The notes below the pieces were generated by a model. The model saw only the letters and a list, made by a program, of their open reading frames with translations, had not been told where the DNA came from and made no database searches. The position numbers and the translations under genes are program-made. 64,000 nucleotides of DNA from Moraxellaceae bacterium (lineage in GTDB: Bacteria; Pseudomonadota; Gammaproteobacteria; Pseudomonadales; Moraxellaceae): the NCBI GenBank assembly GCA_004173455.1, contig SECL01000007.1, forward strand, positions 22,107 to 86,106. Direction: 5' to 3'. Within the stretch, counting starts at the first letter, position 1. Each line of letters begins with the position of its first letter. Positions 18,903 to 29,726 of this stretch are shown here, piece by piece.

Positions 18903-18997
18903 GCTTTTTTACGCAAAAACTACCGCACAAAAAAGCAAATTTTAAACAGTTGAGTAATTCCATGTTCCTGTTTTTGAATAGTATCAGTAGTTTAAAA

Positions 18998-19072
18998 TGG
19001 CAGGGGCGGCTGGATTCGAACCAACGGATGCCGAGATCAAAACCCGGTGCCTTACCACTTGGCGACGCCCCT
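18998..19072 (-). tRNA. tRNA-Gln(TTG), identical second copy
   Basis: Same 75-nt sequence as 18787-18861. Confidence 0.97.
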
Positions 19073-19101
19073 GTTGACATGGGTAATCATATTAACCATG
19101 T

Positions 19102-19938
19102 TTAAACCAAACCCAATTGTGCATGCACTGGAGAGTGTTGCAGACCATGGCAAAAATAACTGTTGCATGGTGCGTTCTGCAATATGGCTGTGATGTCCTG
19201 TCCGGGTTGAACCGGTAAAAACACGCAGGCTCCTGTGCCGGTCAAACGCGCCTGACCAAACTGGTTGAGATAGGCTAACGCTTGAGCCACTTCGGGATAT
19301 AAATCTTTGGCAATTGCCTCAAAATTATTACCGAAATGCATTGGGTTTTGCTGATAGGCGGCAAATGTAGTTTCTGGCGTGTTTCTTGTCAATGCTTCTT
19401 GTGAAAAAAGTTGCTTAGTGCTGATAAAACAAGCAGGCTTGAGCACTATATAATCAATTTTTGCCAAATTCACTGCAGTAAGCTGCTCGCCCACGCCTTC
19501 GGCCCAAGCATTTTTACCCAGAATGAAAATAGGCACATCTGCCCCGAGTTGAATACCCAGTGTGGCCAGTTCATCGAGTGTTAGACCGGTTTGCCATAGG
19601 TGATTTAAAGCCAGTAATGTGGTGGCAGCATTTGAGGAACCACCGCCCATACCACCACCAATTGGAATGTTTTTTTGTAGCTCAATCTTGCAACCACCTT
19701 GATAACCCGTGTGCTTTTGCAGTAGTCGCGCTGCCTTAATGATCAGGTTGTCTTCACTGCTTATATTATCCATGCCATTGATTATTAATGTTTTAAAGCT
19801 AATATCAAATGTCAGATAATCGCATAAATCAACCAGTTGGAATACCGATTGCAAGTTATGATAGCCGTCGCTACGCTGGCCAGTAATATGCAAAAATAGG
19901 TTGAGCTTGGCAGGAGAGGGAAGCGTGAGTGGCGTCAT
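19102..19938 (-). CDS. ispE: 4-diphosphocytidyl-2-C-methyl-D-erythritol kinase
   Basis: PAKLNLFLHITG, KNIPIGGGMGGGSSNAA, GADVP. Confidence 0.97.
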   Translation of the reverse strand: MTPLTLPSPAKLNLFLHITGQRSDGYHNLQSVFQLVDLCDYLTFDISFKTLIINGMDNISSEDNLIIKAARLLQKHTGYQGGCKIELQKNIPIGGGMGGGSSNAATTLLALNHLWQTGLTLDELATLGIQLGADVPIFILGKNAWAEGVGEQLTAVNLAKIDYIVLKPACFISTKQLFSQEALTRNTPETTFAAYQQNPMHFGNNFEAIAKDLYPEVAQALAYLNQFGQARLTGTGACVFLPVQPGQDITAILQNAPCNSYFCHGLQHSPVHAQLGLV

Positions 19939-20567
19939 TATTGGGCTGCATCCTCACGCGTCTGGATGGTGAGGGTCACGTGATTTTCGCCGTCTGGCAG
20001 GGTTTGCACCATGAGCAGTTTTTGTGGCAAGGCTTCCAGGTTGTCATAGCTAAACTGAACCTGCCAGTCACCTTCTGCCAGTGTCTTCAAGCGATGTTGC
20101 TCATCGTATCCGGTTTGGGCACTGCTTGAGGCCGGTTTGCCCTGTATCCATGACACCAGATAGGAAATAGGCGTTTGCCAGCCGGTGGCTTGTTGTAATA
20201 GTTCTTCTGGGGTGGCGGCTTGCAAGGTACCGGTCTTGGCGCTATTTAAAGTCACCTTGCCGGGAATCCCTTCAATGCGGGTTTGCCCAATTCCCAGCGC
20301 ACCGGTGAGGTCTATGGCAAAGTAATCATTGACCTGCGTCCACGCATAAAAGGCGCTGCCATTTTGCTGCGGTGTTCTGACCCCGATTTTGCCCGCAATA
20401 CTAAACTGGGTTTTGATGACCTCCTGACTGGGTAGGGGTGTGCTTAGCGTGGGAGCTTTAAGGGTTTTTTGACAGCCACTGAGGCCAAGGCTGATGCAGC
20501 TGGCCAAGACAAGTGCAGAAAGACGAAAAGCCGGGGATTGCAAAATCTGGACAGACATGGATTTCAT
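19938..20567 (-). CDS. lolB: Outer-membrane lipoprotein insertase LolB
   Basis: Lipobox LSGC, GKIGV, W.Q, L.GALG; adjacent to ispE. Confidence 0.9.
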   Translation of the reverse strand: MKSMSVQILQSPAFRLSALVLASCISLGLSGCQKTLKAPTLSTPLPSQEVIKTQFSIAGKIGVRTPQQNGSAFYAWTQVNDYFAIDLTGALGIGQTRIEGIPGKVTLNSAKTGTLQAATPEELLQQATGWQTPISYLVSWIQGKPASSSAQTGYDEQHRLKTLAEGDWQVQFSYDNLEALPQKLLMVQTLPDGENHVTLTIQTREDAAQ

Positions 20568-20703
20568 TTTAAGTGAGTGAAATTAATCATATATTGTAGG
20601 CAAGTTGATGCCATGAAGTACACGCATTTTGTGGCTTTTTGAAAAAGTAAAAATCAATGGTTTTATTGCTTTTCTTGTTGTTTTGTTTGCTGCTTTATTG
20701 GTT

Positions 20704-22431
20704 TTATAGCGCTCTAACCTGAAGGTTGTCAGGATATTGGGTTTGAAGTTTGGTTTTTAAGTCCTGATAGGCGGCCATTTCACCTTTGGCCTGATAAACC
20801 TTGGCCAGACGTAAAGCAATGTTAAGGTTATCACCTAGCGCCAGTGCTTTTTGCAGGGTCTTGATGGCACTGTCGTAATCTTTTTGCAGGAAAGCAACCA
20901 AGCCTAGCGTATCTAAAATGGCAGGTTGATCCGGTGCCAGTGCATTGGCGCGTTCAGCCAGTTGCCTTGCATCGTTGAGGCGGCGGTTCTGGGTGGCCAG
21001 TGTGTAGGCGTACGCATTGAGGTAAGTTGGGCTATTGGGTTCAATCCCCAGCAGGCGTTCGAGTTCCTGATCCAGCAAGGTTTGTTCGCTGGATTTAAGC
21101 AATAACACCCGCGCATAAATGAGTTCGGGATCATCCGGCAGGTTTTTGAGCGCTTCATCCAGCAGGGAGCGCGCGGCTTCGGGCTGGTGATTATCTTTGA
21201 GTAACTGAACCTGTAACTGGTACAAAAAGCTGGCTTCGTCGGGATGATTGACGCGTTCCTGTGTCAGGTGGGAAATGGCTTGCGGCAGGGCATGTTGTTC
21301 GGCCAGCATCAATGCCAGCTTTTTCTGGGCACTTTGATATAGCGTGCCTTCTACCCGTTTGTAATAGGTGGTGGCCATATCAATTTTATTTTGACGTTGG
21401 GCATTAATGGCAAGATAGTAATAGGCCTGATCCATATAGGCTTGCTGTTGCAATAGCCGAAGCAAATATTGCTCTGCTTTGCTGTATTGCCGCTCATCGA
21501 TGCTGACCAGACTGGCCAACAATAAAATCTCGGTATCATTAGGCCACTGCTGGATCATGCCATCCAGTTTTTTCAGGGCTTTTGGCTGTTGGTTTTGCTT
21601 GAGCAAATAGCGCACTTCAAACAGCCTTAAACTTTTGTTGCCGGGTTGCAGCGTAGTTTGCTTGTCCAGCCATTGCACCAGTTCAGTATCTTTGTGTTGT
21701 GCAATAAGAATGTTGGCCTTGAGGGTCATAAAGGCAGTGACATCTGGACGCTTTTTCAAGGCGCGGTTGATGCGCTTTAAGGCTTCATCCAGTTGGCCGT
21801 TTTGTGCCTGCAAGCCAGCAATCAGCACCAACAATGAGGGATTATTGTGCATGTCCAGATGAATCAAAGCATTTAAAAGTTGCTGGCGATCCTGTTCATT
21901 TTCTGGATAAATACCAGCCAACACCTGATCCAAGGCCACATCGGCATCGGCACTGAGAATTTTGTCAAGAATTTGCGCGGCCAGTGGATAATCATGGGTT
22001 TTGAGCGCCAGATGTGCCAGATAAAACTGAGCCGGCGTGTCTTGTGGTTCGTTTTTAACCCAGTGTTTGGCAATGTTGAGCGCGGTTTTGTTGTCTTGCG
22101 CATCAATAGAAACGGTGAGGGCACGTTCCAAAATGGCGGGTGTTAAGGTTTCAAACGCCATGTGCTGGTAAATCGCCACTGCTTTGGCCTGCTGCTGCCG
22201 TGCCAATAAGAACTCGGCCTGCATGCTGTCGCTAAAGTGATCATTGACCGGCGTAATGGGCGTAGTACTGCTTTTAAAGGCCTGCGCTGATTGCAACGAA
22301 ATCAGGCTCCCCATCAGCAATGTATACAAACATTGCCGGCTGGCGCTTATACAAGCATGAGGAGTTGAAAATAGGGGCAAAGTGAATCCTGTTTTTGCGA
22401 ATTGTTTGAGTTTGTGCCATAGATAACGCAC
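20704..22431 (-). CDS. Tetratricopeptide-repeat protein (hemA-linked)
   Basis: Multiple TPR repeats, YLNAYAYTLA, ILDTLG; divergent from hemA; start uncertain. Confidence 0.8.
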   Translation of the reverse strand: MRYLWHKLKQFAKTGFTLPLFSTPHACISASRQCLYTLLMGSLISLQSAQAFKSSTTPITPVNDHFSDSMQAEFLLARQQQAKAVAIYQHMAFETLTPAILERALTVSIDAQDNKTALNIAKHWVKNEPQDTPAQFYLAHLALKTHDYPLAAQILDKILSADADVALDQVLAGIYPENEQDRQQLLNALIHLDMHNNPSLLVLIAGLQAQNGQLDEALKRINRALKKRPDVTAFMTLKANILIAQHKDTELVQWLDKQTTLQPGNKSLRLFEVRYLLKQNQQPKALKKLDGMIQQWPNDTEILLLASLVSIDERQYSKAEQYLLRLLQQQAYMDQAYYYLAINAQRQNKIDMATTYYKRVEGTLYQSAQKKLALMLAEQHALPQAISHLTQERVNHPDEASFLYQLQVQLLKDNHQPEAARSLLDEALKNLPDDPELIYARVLLLKSSEQTLLDQELERLLGIEPNSPTYLNAYAYTLATQNRRLNDARQLAERANALAPDQPAILDTLGLVAFLQKDYDSAIKTLQKALALGDNLNIALRLAKVYQAKGEMAAYQDLKTKLQTQYPDNLQVRAL

Positions 22432-22467
22432 AATAGCACATATTTTTTTTGCAGCAATCCACGCAAT

Positions 22468-23739
22468 ATGGGTTTCTTTGCGTTAGGTGTTAACCATACT
22501 ACGGCATCAGTCGGCTTGCGTGAAAAAGTCGCGTTTTCGCCTGAGCGGCTGGCGACAGCACTGCATGAAGCCTGTACGTCTTGTCATTTACACGATCTGG
22601 TGATTTTGTCCACCTGCAACCGCACCGAGATTTATGCGCTGACAAACCAGCCCGAGATGCTGCTGGACTGGCTGGCTCAGTTTAACGGCTTGCAGCGTAG
22701 TGATCTGTTGCAGCATGTTTATCAATTTGATAATGAACAAGCTATTACGCATCTAATGCGGGTTGCTAGCGGACTGGATTCCATGGTGCTGGGCGAACCG
22801 CAGATTTTTGGTCAGGTCAAACATGCACTTCAACTGGCCAGACAGGCGGGCACTGTAGGTAGTCAGCTTAGCCGTTTGTTTGAACATGCGTTTTATGCTG
22901 CCAAAAAGGTACGCTCTGAAACCGCCGTGGGCGAGCAGGCCATCTCCATGGGCTATGCAGTGGTACAACTGGCGCAACAGGTGTTTAGCAGCCTGAACCA
23001 GACCACGGCCTTGATTGTGGCAGCCGGTGAGATGAACACGCTAGTAGCGCGTCATCTGGTGGAACAAAATGTTGGCCGTATCCTGATTTGCAACCGGACT
23101 GCCGAGCGCGCAGTACAACTGGCTGATGAGCTGATGGTGCGCGTGCCGGTTGAAATTATTCCTTTCGACCAATTGGCAAATGCTTTGCCGCGTGCTGATA
23201 TTGTGTCTAGCTGTACCGGCAGTCTGCACCAGATAATTGGCGCCAGTGCGGTCAAACAAGCCTTAAAACAACGACGTTTTAAGCCAATGCTGATGGTGGA
23301 TCTGGCGGTGCCGCGCGATATTGATCAGGCGGTATCACGGCTGAATGATGTGTATTTGTATGATGTGGATCACTTGCAGACCGTGATTGAAGGCAATCTG
23401 GCGCAACGACGACAGGCGGCACTAGAAGCTGAGGTGATGGTGAGCCAGTTGTCTGCACAGTTTATTCGCCAACAGCAGAGTGAGCAGGCCACCCCTTATA
23501 TTGTGGCGTATCGCAAACACATTGAGCAGCTTAAAAGTAGCGAACTGGATAAAGCAAGGCAGCTTTTGGCACAAGGTCAGGATGCCGGACAGGTGATGGA
23601 ACGTCTGGCCAATGCCTTAAGCGCAAAACTGGCGCATGCCCCCTCGCAACTGGTGCGGCAGGCTGCTATGCATGAAAACCCGGAACTGCTAGATTTGATC
23701 GTACAGGGCTTAGGCATTGACGCTGAGCAAAACCCTTAA
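22468..23739 (+). CDS. hemA: Glutamyl-tRNA reductase
   Basis: LSTCNRTEIY, SGLDSMVLGEPQIFGQVK, DLAVPRDID. Confidence 0.97.
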   Translation: MGFFALGVNHTTASVGLREKVAFSPERLATALHEACTSCHLHDLVILSTCNRTEIYALTNQPEMLLDWLAQFNGLQRSDLLQHVYQFDNEQAITHLMRVASGLDSMVLGEPQIFGQVKHALQLARQAGTVGSQLSRLFEHAFYAAKKVRSETAVGEQAISMGYAVVQLAQQVFSSLNQTTALIVAAGEMNTLVARHLVEQNVGRILICNRTAERAVQLADELMVRVPVEIIPFDQLANALPRADIVSSCTGSLHQIIGASAVKQALKQRRFKPMLMVDLAVPRDIDQAVSRLNDVYLYDVDHLQTVIEGNLAQRRQAALEAEVMVSQLSAQFIRQQQSEQATPYIVAYRKHIEQLKSSELDKARQLLAQGQDAGQVMERLANALSAKLAHAPSQLVRQAAMHENPELLDLIVQGLGIDAEQNP

Positions 23740-25706
23740 GCAATATCTTCCCTGAATGACAACTTTTTGCTCACTTCCAGCAATTGGTTTTTGAGATCTT
23801 GCTGGGCTTGCACCGAAGTCGCGACATTCATTTTTCGGCTGAGATACAGTTTTTTGAGCTGCAACACAATTTCCTGACACAAGCCATCCAGTCGTTCGGG
23901 TTGCTGCACATACACGCCCATATCCACCGCGTCCAGCAAGTGACACAGCTTGTTGCGTTCCTGTTCATTGGGCCATGCACCCAACAGGAAATAAAGACAT
24001 TGTTCAGGATCATCTGGTAATTCTTCTTCGGCTTGCTGCATGAGGTACAGCGCACGGCCAAAGGCATGGTTGGCATCAGCCAGATCTATTAAAGAGGTCA
24101 TCTGACTAAATAAAGCCGGATATTGCAATAACAGTAACAGGGCTTTTTCTTCAAGACTGGAGCTTTGTTCAAACGACAATAATTGCTGCTGTGCAGCCGG
24201 TTTTTTATTCCAGCCTAGCCCCAGCCGGTCGCGCAGGGATTGATCCAGCAGTCGCTTAAAGCTGCCTTTTGCTGGCAGTAGGGCGGTTAAGGCACGCGCT
24301 TCCTGCATCAGCCGACTTTTGCCTTCGGGACTTTTAATATCAATTTGCTGTGCCAGACTTTCAAATAAAAAGTCCGATAGCGGCGGTGCCTGTTCAATGC
24401 GCCGCCGGATGCCACCTAAGCCTTCCTGCCTGATCAGGGAATCCGGATCATGCTGCTCGGGCAACACCAAAAAACGCAATTCTCGTCCATCGCTGAGTGC
24501 CGGCAATGCCAGCTCTAGCGTACGCCATGCGGCACGTTGTCCGGCTGTATCGCCATCAAAGGCCAGCGTAATTTTGTTGCTTTGCTTAAACAGGGTGTTG
24601 AGGTGTTCTACATTGGTGGCTGTACCCAAGGATGCCACCGCACCGGGTAGTCCGGCCTGTTGCAGGGCAATCACGTCCATGTAGCCTTCTACCATCAACC
24701 ATTGGCTTGCACGGGCTTTGCGGCCTTCATACAGGCCATACAGGATTTCACTTTTATGGAAAATCACTGATTCGGGCGAGTTGATGTATTTGGGCTTGAT
24801 GTCGTCACTCAGGGCACGGCCACCAAAACCTACCACGCGGCCTTTGGCATCCCGAATGGGGAAAATCACCCGGTCACGCAGCAGGTCATAGGCACGGCCT
24901 TTTTCACTATCACGGATCAGCCCCACGGTTTTTAGACCTTCAACATCACGGCTAAAGTGCTGTTCCAGATGTTGCCAGTCGCTGGGTGCATAACCCAGTC
25001 GCCAAAACTCACAGGCTTTGTCGTCCAGTCCCCGATTATTTAAATAGGCTTGGGCAGCACGATTGTTGGTGAGTTGCTGCTGATAAAACTGCGCGACCTG
25101 TTCCAAAAGATCATACAGGTTGCCTTCTTTAGATGCGCTGCTGCTCATGCCAGCGTCTGCTTCACCCTGATTGCTATGATCTTGCCAGAGGTCATCCAGC
25201 ATCAGGTGATTGACAGGCGCAAAACCCGCTGATGCGTCAGTCTCTAGGGGAATATCAAAAGGATCGCTGCCTTGTGCCGACGTGTTGCCTGTTTTTGCGG
25301 GTAGCGATGATTTGTCAGAGGTATTGGCAGTCTTGTTATGGGTGATTTTTTGTAGGGGAGGCCGTGCTGCTTCATTGCGTTTGTAGCTAAATTTATTCTG
25401 GTCATCCTGCGAATTTTTGGGCAGTTCAATACCAGCTTGTTGCGCCAGATCCTTGATCACATCAATAAAATTACGGTTTTCGTATTCCATCAAAAAGCCA
25501 ATCGCATTGCCATGCGCATGGCAGCCAAAGCAATGATAAAACCCTTTGTTGCGGTCTACATTAAATGAAGGGGATTTTTCCTGATGAAACGGACAGCAGG
25601 CAGTGTAGGTTTTGCCGGCTTTTTTGAGTTTGATCCGGCTACCAATCAGCTCGACCAGATCAAGGCGATCCAGTATTTGATCAATGGTATGTTGTGGAAT
25701 TGCCAT
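23736..25706 (-). CDS. dnaG: DNA primase
   Basis: CPFHQEKSPSF zinc finger, KYINSPES, VEGYMDV TOPRIM, FDGDTAG. Confidence 0.97.
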   Translation of the reverse strand: MAIPQHTIDQILDRLDLVELIGSRIKLKKAGKTYTACCPFHQEKSPSFNVDRNKGFYHCFGCHAHGNAIGFLMEYENRNFIDVIKDLAQQAGIELPKNSQDDQNKFSYKRNEAARPPLQKITHNKTANTSDKSSLPAKTGNTSAQGSDPFDIPLETDASAGFAPVNHLMLDDLWQDHSNQGEADAGMSSSASKEGNLYDLLEQVAQFYQQQLTNNRAAQAYLNNRGLDDKACEFWRLGYAPSDWQHLEQHFSRDVEGLKTVGLIRDSEKGRAYDLLRDRVIFPIRDAKGRVVGFGGRALSDDIKPKYINSPESVIFHKSEILYGLYEGRKARASQWLMVEGYMDVIALQQAGLPGAVASLGTATNVEHLNTLFKQSNKITLAFDGDTAGQRAAWRTLELALPALSDGRELRFLVLPEQHDPDSLIRQEGLGGIRRRIEQAPPLSDFLFESLAQQIDIKSPEGKSRLMQEARALTALLPAKGSFKRLLDQSLRDRLGLGWNKKPAAQQQLLSFEQSSSLEEKALLLLLQYPALFSQMTSLIDLADANHAFGRALYLMQQAEEELPDDPEQCLYFLLGAWPNEQERNKLCHLLDAVDMGVYVQQPERLDGLCQEIVLQLKKLYLSRKMNVATSVQAQQDLKNQLLEVSKKLSFREDIA

Positions 25707-25800
25707 GTTGCCCCCTGCTGCGCTGCTTGGTCAAAACAGGCAGCAGGGAAACTATAGCATAAGCTGAATCGTCAGTTATGCTTTGGCCGGATTATAACGA

Positions 25801-26886
25801 CTACGGCGCATTGGATGGTGCAGATTCAGGCTGTTGCTGTGGCGAGGTCAGCTCTGGCAAACCCAAACCAATGCTAGGCACTGCGGGTTGCTGTACGGCA
25901 TTGTCCAGAGTCGGCTGTGTCACATCAGGCTTGATCTGTTCGGATGATAGTTCATCACTGGTGGCCGGACTGGCCGCTGGAGGCAGCACCACGGCAGCAT
26001 TCTGATGGTTTTTGGGCACAAAAGACTGCGCTTCACGACCAAAAATTCCCAAGGTAGCCCGGTTCACCCATGATGCTTTACCGCGTGCTGCATTAAGGTC
26101 AACGCCATTGCCTTTTACCAGCTTGGGATAGTTCATGCGAATGATGTCAAGGTACTGATTGGCAGTTTGCTGGTCGCCCAATTTTTGATAGCCATACACC
26201 ATGGTGGCGAGCGCTTCGGGGATTTGCGGAGTTTGTGGATAGTATTCCAGTACCCAGCGTGCGCGTTGTACCGCAGCCAACCATGCCTGACGTTTTAGGT
26301 TGTAGCGCGCGATGTTCATTTCGCTTTCAGCCAGTTCCTGACTGATGTACTGCATACGCTGGGCAGCATCGACCGCATAACGGCTGCTGGGAAAACGCTG
26401 CACAAAGTCACGCAGGCTGCTGTAGGCCAGACGCAGGTAACTGACGTCACGGTGTGCCTGATCTAGGTTGGTGTAGCGTAGCAAGCCATCGTAATGCTGC
26501 TCCATGTTGGACACGCCACGAATATAGTAGGCGTAAGCCAGTTGGGCATTGCGCGGATACAAGCGGATAAAACGGTCTGCCAGCGTCACGACACCGGGGT
26601 AATCACCCTGCCGAAAGCGTGAGTACATGAGATCCAGTTGCGCCTGTTCGGTGTATTCGCCGGTTGGATAATAGGTATCCAGTGCTTCTAGTGATTTGTT
26701 GGCTTCAGTAAACTGGCCGCGTTTGAGGCTCTTTTGTGCTGACTGGTAATAGGCTTGCTCACTACGCTGAGGGCCTGCATCTTTTAAATCTTTTTTCTTA
26801 CTTGGAAAGCTGCTACAACCCGCCATTCCTCCTGCAATTGCCACGGATAATGACAACATCAACACACTAAAACGGGGCAGCGACAT
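25801..26886 (-). CDS. bamD: Outer-membrane assembly factor BamD with Pro/Gln-rich C-terminal tail
   Basis: Lipobox MAGC, YPTGEYTEQAQLDLMY, A.YIRG; divergent from rluD. Confidence 0.9.
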   Translation of the reverse strand: MSLPRFSVLMLSLSVAIAGGMAGCSSFPSKKKDLKDAGPQRSEQAYYQSAQKSLKRGQFTEANKSLEALDTYYPTGEYTEQAQLDLMYSRFRQGDYPGVVTLADRFIRLYPRNAQLAYAYYIRGVSNMEQHYDGLLRYTNLDQAHRDVSYLRLAYSSLRDFVQRFPSSRYAVDAAQRMQYISQELAESEMNIARYNLKRQAWLAAVQRARWVLEYYPQTPQIPEALATMVYGYQKLGDQQTANQYLDIIRMNYPKLVKGNGVDLNAARGKASWVNRATLGIFGREAQSFVPKNHQNAAVVLPPAASPATSDELSSEQIKPDVTQPTLDNAVQQPAVPSIGLGLPELTSPQQQPESAPSNAP

Positions 26887-26960
26887 AAATACTCCTCTGG
26901 ACTTAACGGGCAATACGCTACAATGGGGGCTATTTAACCATTTTTGATGACAGATACCAA

Positions 26961-28049
26961 ATGGCTCCTACACAAAATCTACAGCAAACACCAGATGCAA
27001 GCATAAATGAGCCGTCTGAGGATGACAATGCGTTATTTGCCGATCTGCATGAAGACCTGTTTGAGGGAGATCTAACGCCAAATCAAGCCACTACTGCCAC
27101 CAAAATCACGCAGCAGGCCATTGTGCCAGACGAGATGATTGGCTTGCGCTTTGATCAGGCGGCTGCCAGCCTTTTTGCTGAATTTTCGCGGGAACGTTTA
27201 AAAGGCTGGATGCAGGATGGCCAGCTCACCATTAATGGCCAGACGCTAAAACCCAAAAATCGCTGTCTGGGTGGCGAGGTACTCAATCTGGATGTCACCC
27301 TGCAAGACCAGAATACCACTGAGCCTGAAGCCATGATGCTGGACATTGTGTACGAAGACGATGACATTCTAGTGGTCAACAAGTCGGTTGGACTGGTGGT
27401 GCATCCCGGTGCGGGCAACTGGTCAGGCACACTGGTGAATGGCTTGTTGTACCATGATGCCAAGCTCAAGGAATTGCCACGCGCTGGACTGGTACACCGG
27501 ATTGACAAGGACACCAGTGGCTTACTGGTAGTGGCCAAAAATCTGGCGGCGCAGCACCACCTGAGCAAGCAACTGGCCGAAAAATCGGTGTATCGTATTT
27601 ATGATGCCATGGTAGTGGGGCATGTGATTGCCGGTGGTACGATTGACCAGCCCATCAAGCGTCATCCGGTGGAACGTACCCGCATGAGCGTGCAACCGGG
27701 CGGACGTGCTTCGGTCACTCATTATCGGGTGCTGGAACGCTTTGGCTCGCACACGCTGGTACAGGCACAACTGGAAACTGGACGCACGCATCAGATCCGT
27801 GTGCATTTGTCGCATGTGGGCTTTCCGCTGGTCGGTGATCCGGTGTATGGCACGCGGCGGCGATTGCCACAAGGTGCCAGTCAGAATCTGGTCAAAACCT
27901 TGCAGAACTTTAAACGACAAGCCTTACATGCACGTAAGCTGGGTCTAGTGCATCCGGGTACGGGCAAAAATATGCAGTTTGAAGCACCATGGCCAGAGGA
28001 CTTTAGCCAACTGGTCAAAGCCCTGCGTGATGAGGGTGCTGATGATTAA
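26961..28049 (+). CDS. rluD: 23S rRNA pseudouridine synthase RluD
   Basis: S4 domain, VHRIDKDTSG, LETGRTHQIRVH. Confidence 0.95.
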   Translation: MAPTQNLQQTPDASINEPSEDDNALFADLHEDLFEGDLTPNQATTATKITQQAIVPDEMIGLRFDQAAASLFAEFSRERLKGWMQDGQLTINGQTLKPKNRCLGGEVLNLDVTLQDQNTTEPEAMMLDIVYEDDDILVVNKSVGLVVHPGAGNWSGTLVNGLLYHDAKLKELPRAGLVHRIDKDTSGLLVVAKNLAAQHHLSKQLAEKSVYRIYDAMVVGHVIAGGTIDQPIKRHPVERTRMSVQPGGRASVTHYRVLERFGSHTLVQAQLETGRTHQIRVHLSHVGFPLVGDPVYGTRRRLPQGASQNLVKTLQNFKRQALHARKLGLVHPGTGKNMQFEAPWPEDFSQLVKALRDEGADD

Positions 28050-28815
28050 GTTGTCTTTGCCACCACAACTAATCGCAGCAACTGGTCTGCCAAGTGGAGT
28101 ATTGGCAGGGCAAACCACCCGACACCCGATTAATCCCTTATCAAAAAGTGCGGCGCCCTTTGGCGATTTTAATCTGGCGCTGCATGTGGGGGACGATGCC
28201 CAAACAGTTCAGCAGCAACGCATTGAGCTGCTCAAGGCATTGCAACCTTATGGCGCCAAACAACTGGTCTGGCTGGAACAAACGCATAGTACCCACGTGC
28301 ATGAAGTGACTGAAAAAAGTATATCGTTTTCACCTATTCATGCCGATGCCCTGATTACCCGGCAAACCGGTGTGGCTTGCATGATCATGACGGCGGATTG
28401 CCTGCCGATTGTGCTGAGCAATGCCGATGGCAGCGAAGTGGGCTGTATTCATGCTGGCTGGCGTGGTTTGCTAGGTGGCATTATCGAAAATACGGTGAAT
28501 GCTATGCAGTCTCCGGCTGTGTTTGCTTGGTTGGGTGCTGCGATTGGTGCAGAACGTTTTGAAGTGGGCGCAGAGGTATATGGCGCGTTTACTCAGGATA
28601 ATCCGGCTGCTGCCAGTGCTTTTGTTGCTCAGGGGGCAGGTAAGTATCTGGCTGATATTTATCAACTGGCTGGTCAGCGCCTGCAACGATTGGGGGTACA
28701 GCATATCAGTGGCGCAACGCAGTGCAGCTATCAGCAATCTGCTACATTTTACTCCTATCGGCACACCCCAAAAACGGGGCGCATGGCAACTTTTGTCATG
28801 ATTCAATCTCCATAG
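28042..28815 (+). CDS. pgeF: Peptidoglycan editing factor PgeF (YfiH)
   Basis: NLALHVGD, Q.HST, MTADCLP, HAGWRG, FYSYR; start ATG 28042 overlaps the rluD stop. Confidence 0.93.
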   Translation: MIKLSLPPQLIAATGLPSGVLAGQTTRHPINPLSKSAAPFGDFNLALHVGDDAQTVQQQRIELLKALQPYGAKQLVWLEQTHSTHVHEVTEKSISFSPIHADALITRQTGVACMIMTADCLPIVLSNADGSEVGCIHAGWRGLLGGIIENTVNAMQSPAVFAWLGAAIGAERFEVGAEVYGAFTQDNPAAASAFVAQGAGKYLADIYQLAGQRLQRLGVQHISGATQCSYQQSATFYSYRHTPKTGRMATFVMIQSP

Positions 28816-28965
28816 ATGTATGGCGTAATGCAGCATGGCTTGAGATGTTGTGTATTGCTGTTTTTATGATGATGTTTTGCATCGGCTTTTGAGATAAAAA
28901 CCCCATACTGTTATGATGTAACACTTGAGCCGCATCTCCATGCAGGCCGCTTTTAGGATGTTGAA

Positions 28966-29544
28966 TTGACCAACGCGATTGCTCCTGATACTGCTCCTCA
29001 TCTGTCTACTGCCAGTAGACAGGTCTGTATTGTTTATCATAGTCCCTACGGGCACACCGAACGTGTGGCACACGCCATTGGCGAAGGTGCGCGGCAAGTT
29101 ACCGCTACACAGGTGCATGTGATGTCGGTAGATCACGTGGATTGGCATGCACTGGATCATGCCGATGTGATTATTTTCGGTTCACCCACCTATATGGGCA
29201 GCGTGACCAGCGGTTTTAAGCTGTTTATGGATGCCACCTCCAAGCGCTGGAAAAATCGGTTATGGACTGGCAAGCTGGCGGCAGGATTTGCCAATTCGGG
29301 TGGCTTGAGCGGTGACAAGCTAGCGGTATTGCAGCAAATTTGTCTGTTTGCCATGCAGCATGGTATGTTGTGGAGCGGTATTCCGCTGATGCCAACCGGT
29401 CATACTGACTCCGATTTAAACCGGCTGTCCGGCTTTTTGGGGCTGATGACCCAATCCAATAATGCCCCGGTCGAAGAAACGCCGCCAAAAGGCGATATTG
29501 AAACCGCAAAATGGTTTGGCAAGTATCTGGCCGAGCTGGTTTAA
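28966..29544 (+). CDS. Flavodoxin/WrbA-like NAD(P)H-dependent FMN reductase
   Basis: YHSPYGHT phosphate loop, FGSPTYMGS, GKLAAGF. Confidence 0.85.
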   Translation: MTNAIAPDTAPHLSTASRQVCIVYHSPYGHTERVAHAIGEGARQVTATQVHVMSVDHVDWHALDHADVIIFGSPTYMGSVTSGFKLFMDATSKRWKNRLWTGKLAAGFANSGGLSGDKLAVLQQICLFAMQHGMLWSGIPLMPTGHTDSDLNRLSGFLGLMTQSNNAPVEETPPKGDIETAKWFGKYLAELV

Positions 29545-29726
29545 CTGTTGAGGGGTGACTCAAAATCCTTATCCCAAGCAAAGCATTTTGCTTAAGTCTT
29601 GATCAAAGCGTGAAATAACATAAAACGGATCGTCAAGTCGGTACAGCGAACGCTTAGCACCCCATAATAGAATAGCGCTGAGATAAAGCATCCTATATAA
29701 AGCAGTCTGATATAGACCAGCATCGT

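Noticed and set aside
23736-23739. hemA and dnaG converge with a 4-nt overlap; dnaG is outside an rpsU-dnaG-rpoD operon
   Set aside because: This matches my recollection of Acinetobacter gene order, so it is not novel.
25120-25400. Long low-complexity linker in DnaG between the zinc finger and catalytic domain
   Set aside because: The frame is open, there are no intein motifs, and I recall similar expanded linkers in Acinetobacter-like primases; probably lineage-typical.
25801-26020. Pro/Gln-rich C-terminal tail of BamD (and acidic N-terminal extension of RluD)
   Set aside because: Disordered extensions of this kind appear to be common in Moraxellaceae orthologs; no separate domain is evident.
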